A stretch of DNA of 64,000 nucleotides. It comes from an uncultured Gemmatimonadaceae bacterium. Its GTDB lineage: Bacteria > Gemmatimonadota > Gemmatimonadetes > Gemmatimonadales > GWC2-71-9. Of the stretch, positions 1-8,110 are shown one piece after another; the first letter of the stretch is position 1, and the number at the start of each line of letters is the position of its first letter. The position numbers and the translations under genes are program-made. Location: positions 1,019 through 65,018 of the forward strand of contig CAZPER010000012.1 of assembly GCA_964585655.1 (NCBI GenBank), in the 5' to 3' direction. The notes beneath the pieces were generated by a model. That model did not search any database, was not told where the DNA came from, and worked only from the letters and a program-made list of their open reading frames with translations.

Positions 1-42
1 CGTGAATTCCGTCTCTTCCGTGCTTCCGTGGTGAACGTGAGC
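1..42. repeat. CACGGAA/TTCCGTG-family element, right arm (truncated by window edge)
   Basis: 41/42 identical to 812..853. Confidence 0.85.
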
Positions 43-182
43 AGCCGGGGGTAGGGATGCTGCCGGTGGTGACGCGTACTCTGCGCCCCCCCAATGTCGG
101 GTCGTTGGATCGGATGCCGCATTCAGTGATAAGCCGGCCCCGCGGAGTGCGGAGCCGCTTCACACCGGATGCCGAGGAACCC

Positions 183-695
183 ATGTCTGCCCGCGCCAAC
201 CAGCTCGCCGACCGCATCGTGGAAGGGGCCGCCCTGCTTGCCGCGGCGGCCAAGGACTTCTCCAGGGAGCAGTGGGCCACCATCGTGCCCCGTGACGGCC
301 GCACCGTCGGGGTGATCGTGCATCACGTCGCCAACATGTACCCGATCGAGATGGATGTGGTGCGGCAGGCGGTCGCCGGAACCGCCATCACCGAGGTGAC
401 CTGGGAGCTGGTGGCGGAGATCAACGCCGCCCACGCCCGGGAGCAGGCGCAGGTATCCAAGACGGACGCGGTGGAGCTGCTGCTCCGCAACAGCCAGGCG
501 GCGGCGGCCGAGGTGCGGAAGCTGACCGACGCCGACCTGGAGCGGAGCGTCCCCTTTTCGCTCAGCTTCGGCGCCCCAATGACGGTGCAGTTCATCATCG
601 AGGACCATCCGCTGCGGCACGCCTGGCACCACCTGGCCCGGATCCGCGCCGCCCTCGCCAGCAGCGCGACAAAGCGCGGCGCCGCGGCTGCCTGA
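183..695 (+). CDS. DinB family protein
   Basis: ORF 57..695. Internal ATG at 183 (MSARANQLADRIVEG...) preferred over the Arg/Pro-rich leader. His-rich DinB-like segments (VIVHHVANMYPIE, HPLRHAWHH). Confidence 0.65.
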   Translation: MSARANQLADRIVEGAALLAAAAKDFSREQWATIVPRDGRTVGVIVHHVANMYPIEMDVVRQAVAGTAITEVTWELVAEINAAHAREQAQVSKTDAVELLLRNSQAAAAEVRKLTDADLERSVPFSLSFGAPMTVQFIIEDHPLRHAWHHLARIRAALASSATKRGAAAA

Positions 696-757
696 GCGCA
701 GGAGAACGACGAGGAGCGCCAGGGCGATTCCTGGCGCTTCTCCTCTACTCCCGGGAT

Positions 758-853
758 TCACCAAGGAAACACGGAAGACACGGAATGGCACGGAAAGACC
801 TGGAGTACTTTCGTGAATTCCGTCGCTTCCGTGCTTCCGTGGTGAACGTGAGC
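758..853. repeat. CACGGAA/TTCCGTG-family imperfect palindromic element
   Basis: Left arm CACCAAGGAAACACGGAAGACACGGAATGGCACGGAAAG faces right arm CTTTCGTGAATTCCGTCGCTTCCGTGCTTCCGTGGTG. It lies between convergent genes. Confidence 0.85.
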
Positions 854-863
854 TACTGGGGAA

Positions 864-3491
864 CTATCTCGCCGCCAGCCAGTAACTCATCTTCACCGCA
901 AGGAACTGCCCGCCATCGGCCTTGAAGGAATCGAAGAGCGACCGCGCTCCCACGCCCCGCTTGGCGTCCCCCGACTTGTCCTGCTGCCACACCACGAAGA
1001 GGGTGCTCCCCGGCCGCCACTCCCACCGGAGCACCAGGTTGCTCCGGAAGGAGAGGACGTTGAAGTCGCGGTCCTCGATGATGAAGCTCTGCGCCCCGTC
1101 GGTGACGGTGCGTGACCCGTCCGCCTGCCTGGTAATGGTGGTGCCGTCGGTGCCGTACTTCCGGATGCCGAAGCTCCGCGCCCGCGGCAGCTCGCCGAAG
1201 TCGTAGTACCGCCCGCTCGCCGCGAACGGCTCGCCGTAGAGCTCGAGGCTCAGGTCCGGGGTGAAGGCGTAGTTGACCCGGAACGCCGATGACAGGGTGG
1301 TCCGGTCCACGAAGGCGAAGACGTAGCGCTGTCCGTAAGTCGCCGCGCTGCCGCCGCCCACCTGGGTGACGTACTGCCGGCTGACCACGTCCTTCTCCCA
1401 CCCCGGCTCAAAGCTCACCAGCACCGCCGGGCTCGGCCGCACCGAGACTTCGGCCTCGAGCGAGCGCCGCGACCCCCCCGCCTGGTCCTCCCGCCAGCTG
1501 AACGCGCCCTGCCACAACACCGGCCGCCCCTCGCTTCCCTGCAGCTCCAGGTCTCCGCCGATACTTGCGACGTCTCCCATCAGCGGGCCGCCGCGGGTGA
1601 GGTCGTCGCTCTGGCCCCGGAGGCTGCCGAAGACGCCGACGAAGGCGCTCCAGTAGTTCTTGAAGGTGAAGCTGTTGCCGATGGAGCTCTCGGTCCACCG
1701 GGTGACGCCGCCATAGTTCCACCCCCGCCCCAGGAAGAAGTTGCTGCTCCACCGGTGGAAGAGCTTCCCCGGCTGGTTCTCCCGGTAGCGCAACTGGCCG
1801 AAGGTCTCGAAATCGTTGGCGCTCTGCAGCTGCCCCATGTCGTTGATGTCGAACTTGGGGGACTCGGTGGATGCCGTGACGCTCCAGAGCCAGTGCCTCC
1901 CCGCATTCTTCGCCGCGCGGAGGGAGGCCGCCCAGCCGGTGAGGCTGGTGGCGTTCGAGTCGAGGGAGAACTCGGTGGCGTCGGGCCGCTGGAAGAAGTG
2001 GGCCGGCGCCTGCTGCACCGCGAGCATCGCCTCCGGGGTGCCGGTCACGTGGCTGAAGCCGAGGAAGCCGCCCAGTTCGTAGGCGCCGCCCTTGAAGCGG
2101 AGGTTCCAGTCACCGCCGCCGGTGATGGCCCGGTTGGCCAGGAAGGTGCTCAGCGCCGAGTCGCCCAGCGAGCGCTCCATGTAGGTGAAGGAGAGGCCGG
2201 CCACCGACTGGCTGGCGCCGAACTCCTGCTGCACCCGCCCGATGCCGTAGCCGGTGAAGGGCTCGATCTCGCTCCGGGTGTAGCGGGCGCTGTCGGCGAG
2301 GTAGCCGCGTCCCACCTCGCGGTCGGTGAAGGCGGTGAGGAACCCCACCGAGGTGCCGCCCCGGAGCCGGCCGGTGACCTTGGCGGCGCCGAGGATGGTG
2401 GCGTTGTCGGGGCGGTCCACGTAGTCGCCGTTGATGTCGCCCCGCGGCGCGGTGCCGATGCGGCGGGAGTAGAAGTAGCCCGGCCCGCCGCCCCGAAGGA
2501 GCTGGGCCCCCTCGGTAAAGAACGGCCGCCGCTCGCTGAAGAAGGTCTCGAAGGCGGAGAGGTTCACTTCGGCGGGGTCGGCCTCGACCTGGCCGAAGTC
2601 GGGGTTGACCGTGGCGTCGAGGGTGAGGTTCGGGCCGAGTCCCATCTTGAAGTCGGCGCCGGCGCGGGCGGTGTAGTCGCTGCCGTCGTTGAACGGGTCG
2701 GCGGAGGGCGCATCCTCGAAGGTGGCGTTGGCGGCGACGTAGGGGAGCAGCTCCATCCGCCGCGAGGGGCGCACCCCGTCAATGCCGGTGAGCAGCCCGA
2801 AGCGGCTGGCCCAGCCGTTCTCGTTCTTGGGGATGACGATCCAGTAGACGTCCTCGTTGGCGTGCGGCATCCAGCGGTTGATCTGGATCCCCCAGGTCTG
2901 GGTCCCGGCGGCGGTGAAGCGGAGCTGGGAGAAGGGGATCCGCACCTCGGCGAACCAGCCGTCGCCGTTCACGTGGGTGCGCGCCTGCCAGATGGGGTCC
3001 CAGGTGTAGTCGCGGGAGCCTTCCGAGTCGCTGGGGTGGTAGTAGTCGCCGCGGACGCCGCCGCTGGAGATGACGAAGCTGTACGCGGTGCGCCGGTCGA
3101 GGTACGTGTCCAGCGCGATGACCAGGTGCTCGGCGTTGCTGAACTGGTCGCGACGGGTGACGGTGGTCGGGATCTTCGCGGCGTCGGCGGAGTGCATCCG
3201 GGCGCCGACGTAGAGGGCGTTGTCGTCGTAGAGGAAGGCGATCTCGGTGCGGCCGGAGGGCTCGCCCCCTTCGACGGGCTCTTTCTGGGTGAAGTCGGTG
3301 CGCCAGGCGGCGCGGGTCCAGGCGTCGTCATCGAGCCGGCCGTCGAGGACCAGGGAGCCCCCGGAGGGGAGGCGGGTGGCGTTGAACTCCTTGCCACTGG
3401 CGTTGGGGACGGTCACCGACTGGGCCTGGCCCGCGAGGGATGCGGCGGGGAGGGCCAGCGCGAGCAGCAGCGACCGGTGGCTGAGGGGCAC
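864..3491 (-). CDS. CBM9-like / DUF5916 carbohydrate-binding domain protein, secreted
   Basis: 875 aa ORF with GTG start and signal peptide (LLLALALPAASLAGQAQS). The N-terminal DGRLDDDAW...ALYVGARM pattern is typical of CBM9-like domains, followed by a long beta-rich C-terminal part. Confidence 0.75.
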   Translation of the reverse strand: MPLSHRSLLLALALPAASLAGQAQSVTVPNASGKEFNATRLPSGGSLVLDGRLDDDAWTRAAWRTDFTQKEPVEGGEPSGRTEIAFLYDDNALYVGARMHSADAAKIPTTVTRRDQFSNAEHLVIALDTYLDRRTAYSFVISSGGVRGDYYHPSDSEGSRDYTWDPIWQARTHVNGDGWFAEVRIPFSQLRFTAAGTQTWGIQINRWMPHANEDVYWIVIPKNENGWASRFGLLTGIDGVRPSRRMELLPYVAANATFEDAPSADPFNDGSDYTARAGADFKMGLGPNLTLDATVNPDFGQVEADPAEVNLSAFETFFSERRPFFTEGAQLLRGGGPGYFYSRRIGTAPRGDINGDYVDRPDNATILGAAKVTGRLRGGTSVGFLTAFTDREVGRGYLADSARYTRSEIEPFTGYGIGRVQQEFGASQSVAGLSFTYMERSLGDSALSTFLANRAITGGGDWNLRFKGGAYELGGFLGFSHVTGTPEAMLAVQQAPAHFFQRPDATEFSLDSNATSLTGWAASLRAAKNAGRHWLWSVTASTESPKFDINDMGQLQSANDFETFGQLRYRENQPGKLFHRWSSNFFLGRGWNYGGVTRWTESSIGNSFTFKNYWSAFVGVFGSLRGQSDDLTRGGPLMGDVASIGGDLELQGSEGRPVLWQGAFSWREDQAGGSRRSLEAEVSVRPSPAVLVSFEPGWEKDVVSRQYVTQVGGGSAATYGQRYVFAFVDRTTLSSAFRVNYAFTPDLSLELYGEPFAASGRYYDFGELPRARSFGIRKYGTDGTTITRQADGSRTVTDGAQSFIIEDRDFNVLSFRSNLVLRWEWRPGSTLFVVWQQDKSGDAKRGVGARSLFDSFKADGGQFLAVKMSYWLAAR

Positions 3492-3567
3492 CGTGAGCCT
3501 CGATGGGGGTTTCGGAATTAGATGCTACTACGGGTGTAATGGTTGGGGGTTTCAGGGGCTGGGGCTA

Positions 3568-3662
3568 CTCACGTTCACCACGGAAGCACGGAAACACGGA
3601 AGGGCCACGGAAGTTCATTCCGTGTATTCCGTGGTCTTCCGTGTTTCCGTGGTGGATTTTTT
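3568..3662. repeat. CACGGAA/TTCCGTG-family palindromic element followed by T6 on the plus strand
   Basis: Arms 3568-3613 and 3618-3655. It shares the 26-nt terminus TTCCGTGCTTCCGTGGTGAACGTGAG (inverted) with the 1-42 and 812-853 copies. Confidence 0.85.
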
Positions 3663-3699
3663 GGGGCGGCGGGGGTGGGGATCGGCGCGCGGCCGAGGG

Positions 3700-4551
3700 C
3701 TAGTTGATATCCCTCTGCTTCCGCTTGCTCACTTCGGCCAGGAACCGCTTCTCCTCCGCGGTCAGGCTCTCGATGCCGGTGGCGCTGATCTTGTCCAGCA
3801 CCCGGTCCACCTCGGCGGCGACGGGATCGGCGCCGGGGCGGGGAGCCAGGGGACGGATGGGGGTCGCGGGGCGCTCGGACTCGTGGCTCACCGCCGTCTG
3901 CTGCACCATGACGACCCGCTCCGGCTGCTCCCGGAGCGCCGGCACCGGCCGGCGGCGGGAGACATCCTGGATCTTGAAGAAGAGCCACCCCGCCAGCATG
4001 CCGCCCAGGTGGGCCTCATGGGCCACGCCCGACATCGCCGGCATCTGGGCCAGCACCAGCTCGATCACCGCCGCGGCCAGGACCAGCGTCCGGGCCTTGA
4101 TCGGCACCGGGATGGGGAAGACCATCAGCTCGGCGTCGGGCCAGAGCATCGCGAACGCAACCGAGACGCCGAAGACCGCCCCCGAGGCGCCGATCATCGG
4201 GCCCACCGGGACGAGGAAGCTCAGCATCAGGGAGACCAGAGCCGCCCCGACGCCGCAATAGAAGTAGAAGAGGAGGAAGCTCCGGGAGCCCAGCCGGTTC
4301 TCGACCGCGGTCCCCAGCAGGTAGAACCAGATCATGTTCGCGGCCAGGTGGATGAACCCGGAGTGCACGAACAGGTAGGTCACCGCCCCCCATGGCCGGG
4401 TGAGGAAGTTCCCCGGGTCCATGGCCAGGAGCTGGTGGATCTGGCCCGATGTGAAGATGGTTTCCAGCAGCAGCTGCACCACCGCGGTGACCGCGATGAT
4501 CCTCGCGACCCAAGGGGTCGGGCGGGGGAAAGTGGGGCTGCTGAAGGACAT
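3700..4551 (-). CDS. rhomboid family intramembrane serine protease
   Basis: ORF 3700..4596. ATG at 4551 avoids overlap with ddl. Rhomboid motifs HLAANMIWFY and GASGAVFG. Short C-terminal soluble tail. Confidence 0.85.
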   Translation of the reverse strand: MSFSSPTFPRPTPWVARIIAVTAVVQLLLETIFTSGQIHQLLAMDPGNFLTRPWGAVTYLFVHSGFIHLAANMIWFYLLGTAVENRLGSRSFLLFYFYCGVGAALVSLMLSFLVPVGPMIGASGAVFGVSVAFAMLWPDAELMVFPIPVPIKARTLVLAAAVIELVLAQMPAMSGVAHEAHLGGMLAGWLFFKIQDVSRRRPVPALREQPERVVMVQQTAVSHESERPATPIRPLAPRPGADPVAAEVDRVLDKISATGIESLTAEEKRFLAEVSKRKQRDIN

Positions 4552-4565
4552 ACGACGGTTCCCGG

Positions 4566-5579
4566 TTACGCCTGGCGCCCGGGAGTCCGGGCGCAACGAC
4601 AGATCTGGTCACAAAGTGCCGCAAAGTCGATGCCTACCGCGCGGGCGGACTGCGGCAGGAGGCTGGTCGCCGTCATTCCGGGCAGGGTATTGACCTCTAA
4701 ACAGAAGAGCCCGCCCGCCGGTGTCAAGCGAAAGTCCACCCGGGAATACCCACCCAGCCGGAGGGCCCGGTGCGCCGCCAGCCCCAGCCGCTGGCACTCC
4801 GCCGCCACCGCGGCCGGGAGGTCCGCCGGGAAGATCTCCTCCGACATCCCCGGGGTGTACTTGCACTCGTAGTCGAAGATCTCGTGCTGGGGGATGATCT
4901 CCCCCACCGCCAGGGCCCGGTCCTCCAGGATCCCCACGGTGAGCTCCCGCCCCGGCACGAAGGCCTCGACCATGACCTCGTCGTCGTACTCGGCCGCGAA
5001 CCAGACCGCCCGCTCGAAGTCCTCCGGCCGCTTGACCACCGTGAGCCCGACGGTGGAGCCCTGCTTGCTCGGTTTTACGACGACGGGCCAGCCAAGTTCC
5101 TTCCCCGCCTCCCCGGCCGTCACCGGCGTCATCCGCCACTTCGCTGTTGGTACCCCGGCATCCCGGAAAAGTCGCTTGGAGGCGTCCTTGTCCATGGCGA
5201 TGGCGCTGGCCATGGGGCCGCTGCCGGTGTAGCGGACGCCCAGGGTCTCGAGGATGGTCTGGATGGTGCCGTCCTCCCCCCGCCCCCCATGGAGGGCCAG
5301 GAAGACGGCGTCCGCCTCCCGCACCTCGGGGAGCGCCCCCAGCGCTGTGAGGAGGAACGTCCGCTCCCGGTCGGCCAGTTCCGCCACCGAGGGCCAGGTG
5401 CTGCCGACCTTGCCCAGGAGGTGGTCGGCCTCCCTCGATTCGGGGACGAATCCGGAGACGGTGTCCACCACCACCACGGCATGCCCCCCGGCCCGGAGCG
5501 CGGGGACGACCTGCCGCGCCGAGGCCAGGGCGACGTCACGCTCGGCGGAGGCGCCGCCGGTCAGGACGGTGATACGGAT
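4566..5579 (-). CDS. ddl: D-alanine--D-alanine ligase
   Basis: The ORF track starts at GTG 5477, but in-frame Ddl N-terminal homology (IRITVLTGGASAERDVALASARQVV...) continues upstream to 5579, where the codon is ATC. The 3' end is firm and the 5' end is uncertain. Confidence 0.85.
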   Translation of the reverse strand: MRITVLTGGASAERDVALASARQVVPALRAGGHAVVVVDTVSGFVPESREADHLLGKVGSTWPSVAELADRERTFLLTALGALPEVREADAVFLALHGGRGEDGTIQTILETLGVRYTGSGPMASAIAMDKDASKRLFRDAGVPTAKWRMTPVTAGEAGKELGWPVVVKPSKQGSTVGLTVVKRPEDFERAVWFAAEYDDEVMVEAFVPGRELTVGILEDRALAVGEIIPQHEIFDYECKYTPGMSEEIFPADLPAAVAAECQRLGLAAHRALRLGGYSRVDFRLTPAGGLFCLEVNTLPGMTATSLLPQSARAVGIDFAALCDQICRCARTPGRQA

Positions 5580-5613
5580 GGGGGGCTCGATTCTTAGGGT
5601 GAGTGAATCGTAA

Positions 5614-5703
5614 GGGGGAGAGGGGGAACGGGGAACGGGGAACAGAGAACGGGCCGACCGAGCCCCCGTACTCCGTTCCCCGTTCCCCGTTCTCCGTTCT
5701 CCG
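5614..5703. repeat. GGGGAAC/GTTCCCC-family palindromic heptamer-repeat element
   Basis: G-rich heptamer array 5614-5652 pairs with C-rich array 5673-5703: about 31 positions with a few mismatches or wobbles. Confidence 0.85.
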
Positions 5704-5707
5704 TCTT

Positions 5708-7096
5708 TTATCTGGTCCCAATCATCTGCTGGAGAATGTCGTACCGGCTCACGATGCCGATGAGCTTGCCGTCCTTCTGCACCAGCGCGGCGGGGCTCTC
5801 GCGGGTGAGGAGGGTCGCCAGGCGGTCGGTCTGGGTGAGGGCGTCCACCACCGGGAAGGCGCCGTCCATGACCTCCCGCACCGGGCGGTCGAGGAGGGCG
5901 GGCTGGGCCAGGGCGCGGGTCATGAGGGAGTTCTCGATGAGCCCCCCGACGCAGACGCCGTTCTCGAGCACCGGGATCTGGGAGACGCCCCAGGTGCTCA
6001 TGAGATTCAGGGCCTGGCGCACCGCGGCCGCCGCCGCGACGCTCACCAGCGCCGGGCTGTTGGCCGGCCGGTGCTGCAGCAGCTGCTCAACGGTGATGCG
6101 CGGGGCGTCGAGCAGCTGGTTCTCCTGCATCCACTCGTCGTTGAAGACCTTGGAGAGGTAGCGCTCGCCGGTGTCACACAGGATGGTGACGACACAGGCG
6201 CTGGGATCGTCCAGCTCCCGCGCGACGTCGAGCGCGAGCGCCACGTTGAGACCCGCCGAGCCGCCCACCAGCATTCCTTCTTCCCGCGCCAGGCGGCGGG
6301 CCATGACGAGGGCGTCGCGGTCGGAGAGCTGCCGGAACTCGTCGATGTACTGGAACCAGATGGTCTCCGGGATCTTGTCGCCGCCGATCCCCTCGACCTT
6401 GTAGGGATGGCCCTCCCCGAGCGTTTTGGTCTTGCTGTAGCCGGTGTAAAGCGAGCCCTGCGGTTCCCCGGCGATGACCCGGACCTTGGGGTTCTTCTCC
6501 TTGAGGAACTTCCCGGTGCCGCTCACGGTGCCGCCGGTGCCGGCTCCGGCCACGAAATGGGTGACTCGCCCCTCGGTCTGGGTCCAGATCTCGGGGCCGG
6601 TGGTCTCGTAGTGGGCCTGGGGGTTCACCTGGTTGTAGAACTGATTGGCCAGGATGGCGCCCGGGGTGTCCTTGACCAGCTGCTTGGCCTTGTTGACGTA
6701 GTTGTCGGGGTGGTCCGGGGGGACGGCGGTGGGGGTGATGACCACCTCGGCGCCGTAGGCCTTGAGCAGCCGCACCTTCTCCTGCGACATCTTGTCAGGC
6801 ATGGTGAAGATGCAGCGGTAGCCCTTGAGCGCCGCCGCCAGCGCGAGCCCCACGCCGGTGTTGCCGCTGGTGCCCTCGACGATCACGCCCCCCGGCTTGA
6901 GCTCCCCCCGCCGCTCCGCGTCCTCGATGATCCGGAGCCCGATCCGGTCCTTCACCGACCCGCCCGGGTTGGCGTATTCCGCCTTGCCGTACACGGGGGT
7001 CCGAAGGCCGGCCCCCACCCGCCCCAGGCGGATGAGCGGCGTCCAGCCGATGGTGGGGAGGACGGAGTCGTAGGCTTTGACGTGCGGGGGAGTCAC
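5708..7096 (-). CDS. cystathionine beta-synthase (PLP cysteine-synthase fold plus C-terminal CBS pair)
   Basis: 462 aa with GTG start. Motifs NPGGSVKDR and SGNTG, plus a C-terminal tandem CBS-domain region. Confidence 0.85.
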   Translation of the reverse strand: MTPPHVKAYDSVLPTIGWTPLIRLGRVGAGLRTPVYGKAEYANPGGSVKDRIGLRIIEDAERRGELKPGGVIVEGTSGNTGVGLALAAALKGYRCIFTMPDKMSQEKVRLLKAYGAEVVITPTAVPPDHPDNYVNKAKQLVKDTPGAILANQFYNQVNPQAHYETTGPEIWTQTEGRVTHFVAGAGTGGTVSGTGKFLKEKNPKVRVIAGEPQGSLYTGYSKTKTLGEGHPYKVEGIGGDKIPETIWFQYIDEFRQLSDRDALVMARRLAREEGMLVGGSAGLNVALALDVARELDDPSACVVTILCDTGERYLSKVFNDEWMQENQLLDAPRITVEQLLQHRPANSPALVSVAAAAAVRQALNLMSTWGVSQIPVLENGVCVGGLIENSLMTRALAQPALLDRPVREVMDGAFPVVDALTQTDRLATLLTRESPAALVQKDGKLIGIVSRYDILQQMIGTR

Positions 7097-7130
7097 TGGG
7101 CAGTCCTGGGAGACGGGGAGGTAATACTAC

Positions 7131-7186
7131 GGGGAAAGAGGGGAACGGGGAACGGGGGAACGGGGGAACGGGAGAACGGGAGAACC
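7131..7186 (+). repeat. GGGGAAC-family tandem array (no complementary arm)
   Basis: Seven G3-5 tracts spaced by AAC or AGAAC. Confidence 0.85.
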
Positions 7187-7286
7187 GCGATGGTCGGCCC
7201 GGTCGCGCCCTCGCGCCGGCGCCTGGCCGCAGAGCACGGGTGGGACTGCCGCGCGGCGCAGGCGCCTCTGCTCGTTCGCGACCGGA

Positions 7287-7346
7287 CCTCCCAACCTCCC
7301 AACCTCCCAACCGCCCATTCGCCTAATCGCCTAATCGCCCAATCGC
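7287..7346 (+). repeat. 8-nt tandem arrays: CCTCCCAA x3, then an AATCGCC-family array (CCTAATCG/CCCAATCG)
   Basis: Read directly. It abuts the TonB-like stop codon at 7347. Confidence 0.8.
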
Positions 7347-7784
7347 CTACGGTGTTACCCCCCCCGTCTCCGGATGCCGGAAGTGCACCGGCTGGAGGAA
7401 GGTGGCCGAGACGGCGGTGCCGTTTCGGAGCGCGGGGGCGAAGCGGAAGTTGGAGACCGCCGCGAGCGCCGCCGAGTCGAGGGCGGGATAGCCGGAGGAT
7501 TCGGCGACGCGGGTGGAATCGGAGCGGAGCTGGCCGGTCTCGTCCACGAAGAGCCGGAGCACGACCTTCCCCTCGATGCCGCGGGCGTAGAGCGCCGCGG
7601 GGTATTCCACCGGCGACTCGGGATTGACCATCACCGGCGCGTCGTCCCCCCGGCGGGAGGGAGATTCATCCGGCAACGCCACGGTGTCGGCGCTGGAACG
7701 GTTGCAGGTGGTGAGGACAAGAAGGGCCAGTGCCGCCGCCAACCAGGAGAGGGGAGGCGGGAGACGGGAAAAGCGGTCGCTCAT
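7347..7784 (-). CDS. energy transducer TonB-like protein (TonB C-terminal domain)
   Basis: ORF 7347..7850. ATG at 7784 (MSDRFSRLPPP...) overlaps the upstream stop as ATGA. It has a TM anchor and the C-terminal YPAALYARGIEGKVVLRLFVDETG pattern. Confidence 0.75.
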   Translation of the reverse strand: MSDRFSRLPPPLSWLAAALALLVLTTCNRSSADTVALPDESPSRRGDDAPVMVNPESPVEYPAALYARGIEGKVVLRLFVDETGQLRSDSTRVAESSGYPALDSAALAAVSNFRFAPALRNGTAVSATFLQPVHFRHPETGGVTP

Positions 7785-8107
7785 CGGCCGAGCTTTCCGA
7801 TATCGAAGATCAGCAACGCCAGTATCCCCAGTCCGGTGATGAGGAGCCACATGATGGCGCTCTTCGCCATGCGCGCGAAGAAGAGCGTCGCCGCCGCCAC
7901 GCCGAAGGCGATCGCCGCGTGGGTGCCGGCGGCGCCCGGCTCGTACCCCTGGCCCAGCGAGACCCCGCCCGCCATCCCGCCGAAGACCGCCGCGAAGAGG
8001 AGCACCCTCCCGATCTTGATCACCAGCAGCACCAGCAGGATCAGCACCACCGCGGCAATCATGGTGGGGACGTTGACGCCGGCGGCGAGGCGGTCGATCA
8101 GGTCCAT
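7781..8107 (-). CDS. hypothetical small membrane protein (about 3 TM helices)
   Basis: 108 aa hydrophobic ORF packed between mutS (3 nt gap) and the TonB-like gene (4 nt overlap). Confidence 0.55.
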   Translation of the reverse strand: MDLIDRLAAGVNVPTMIAAVVLILLVLLVIKIGRVLLFAAVFGGMAGGVSLGQGYEPGAAGTHAAIAFGVAAATLFFARMAKSAIMWLLITGLGILALLIFDIGKLGR

Positions 8108-8110
8108 CCC

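Noticed and set aside
758-853. All the palindromic repeat elements could simply be Rho-independent terminators.
   Set aside because: Most lack a U-tract on the relevant strand. Two sit between divergently transcribed genes (20291, 54305). Several are pure tandem arrays without a complementary arm, and some lie within coding sequence. Termination may be one role but cannot explain the set.
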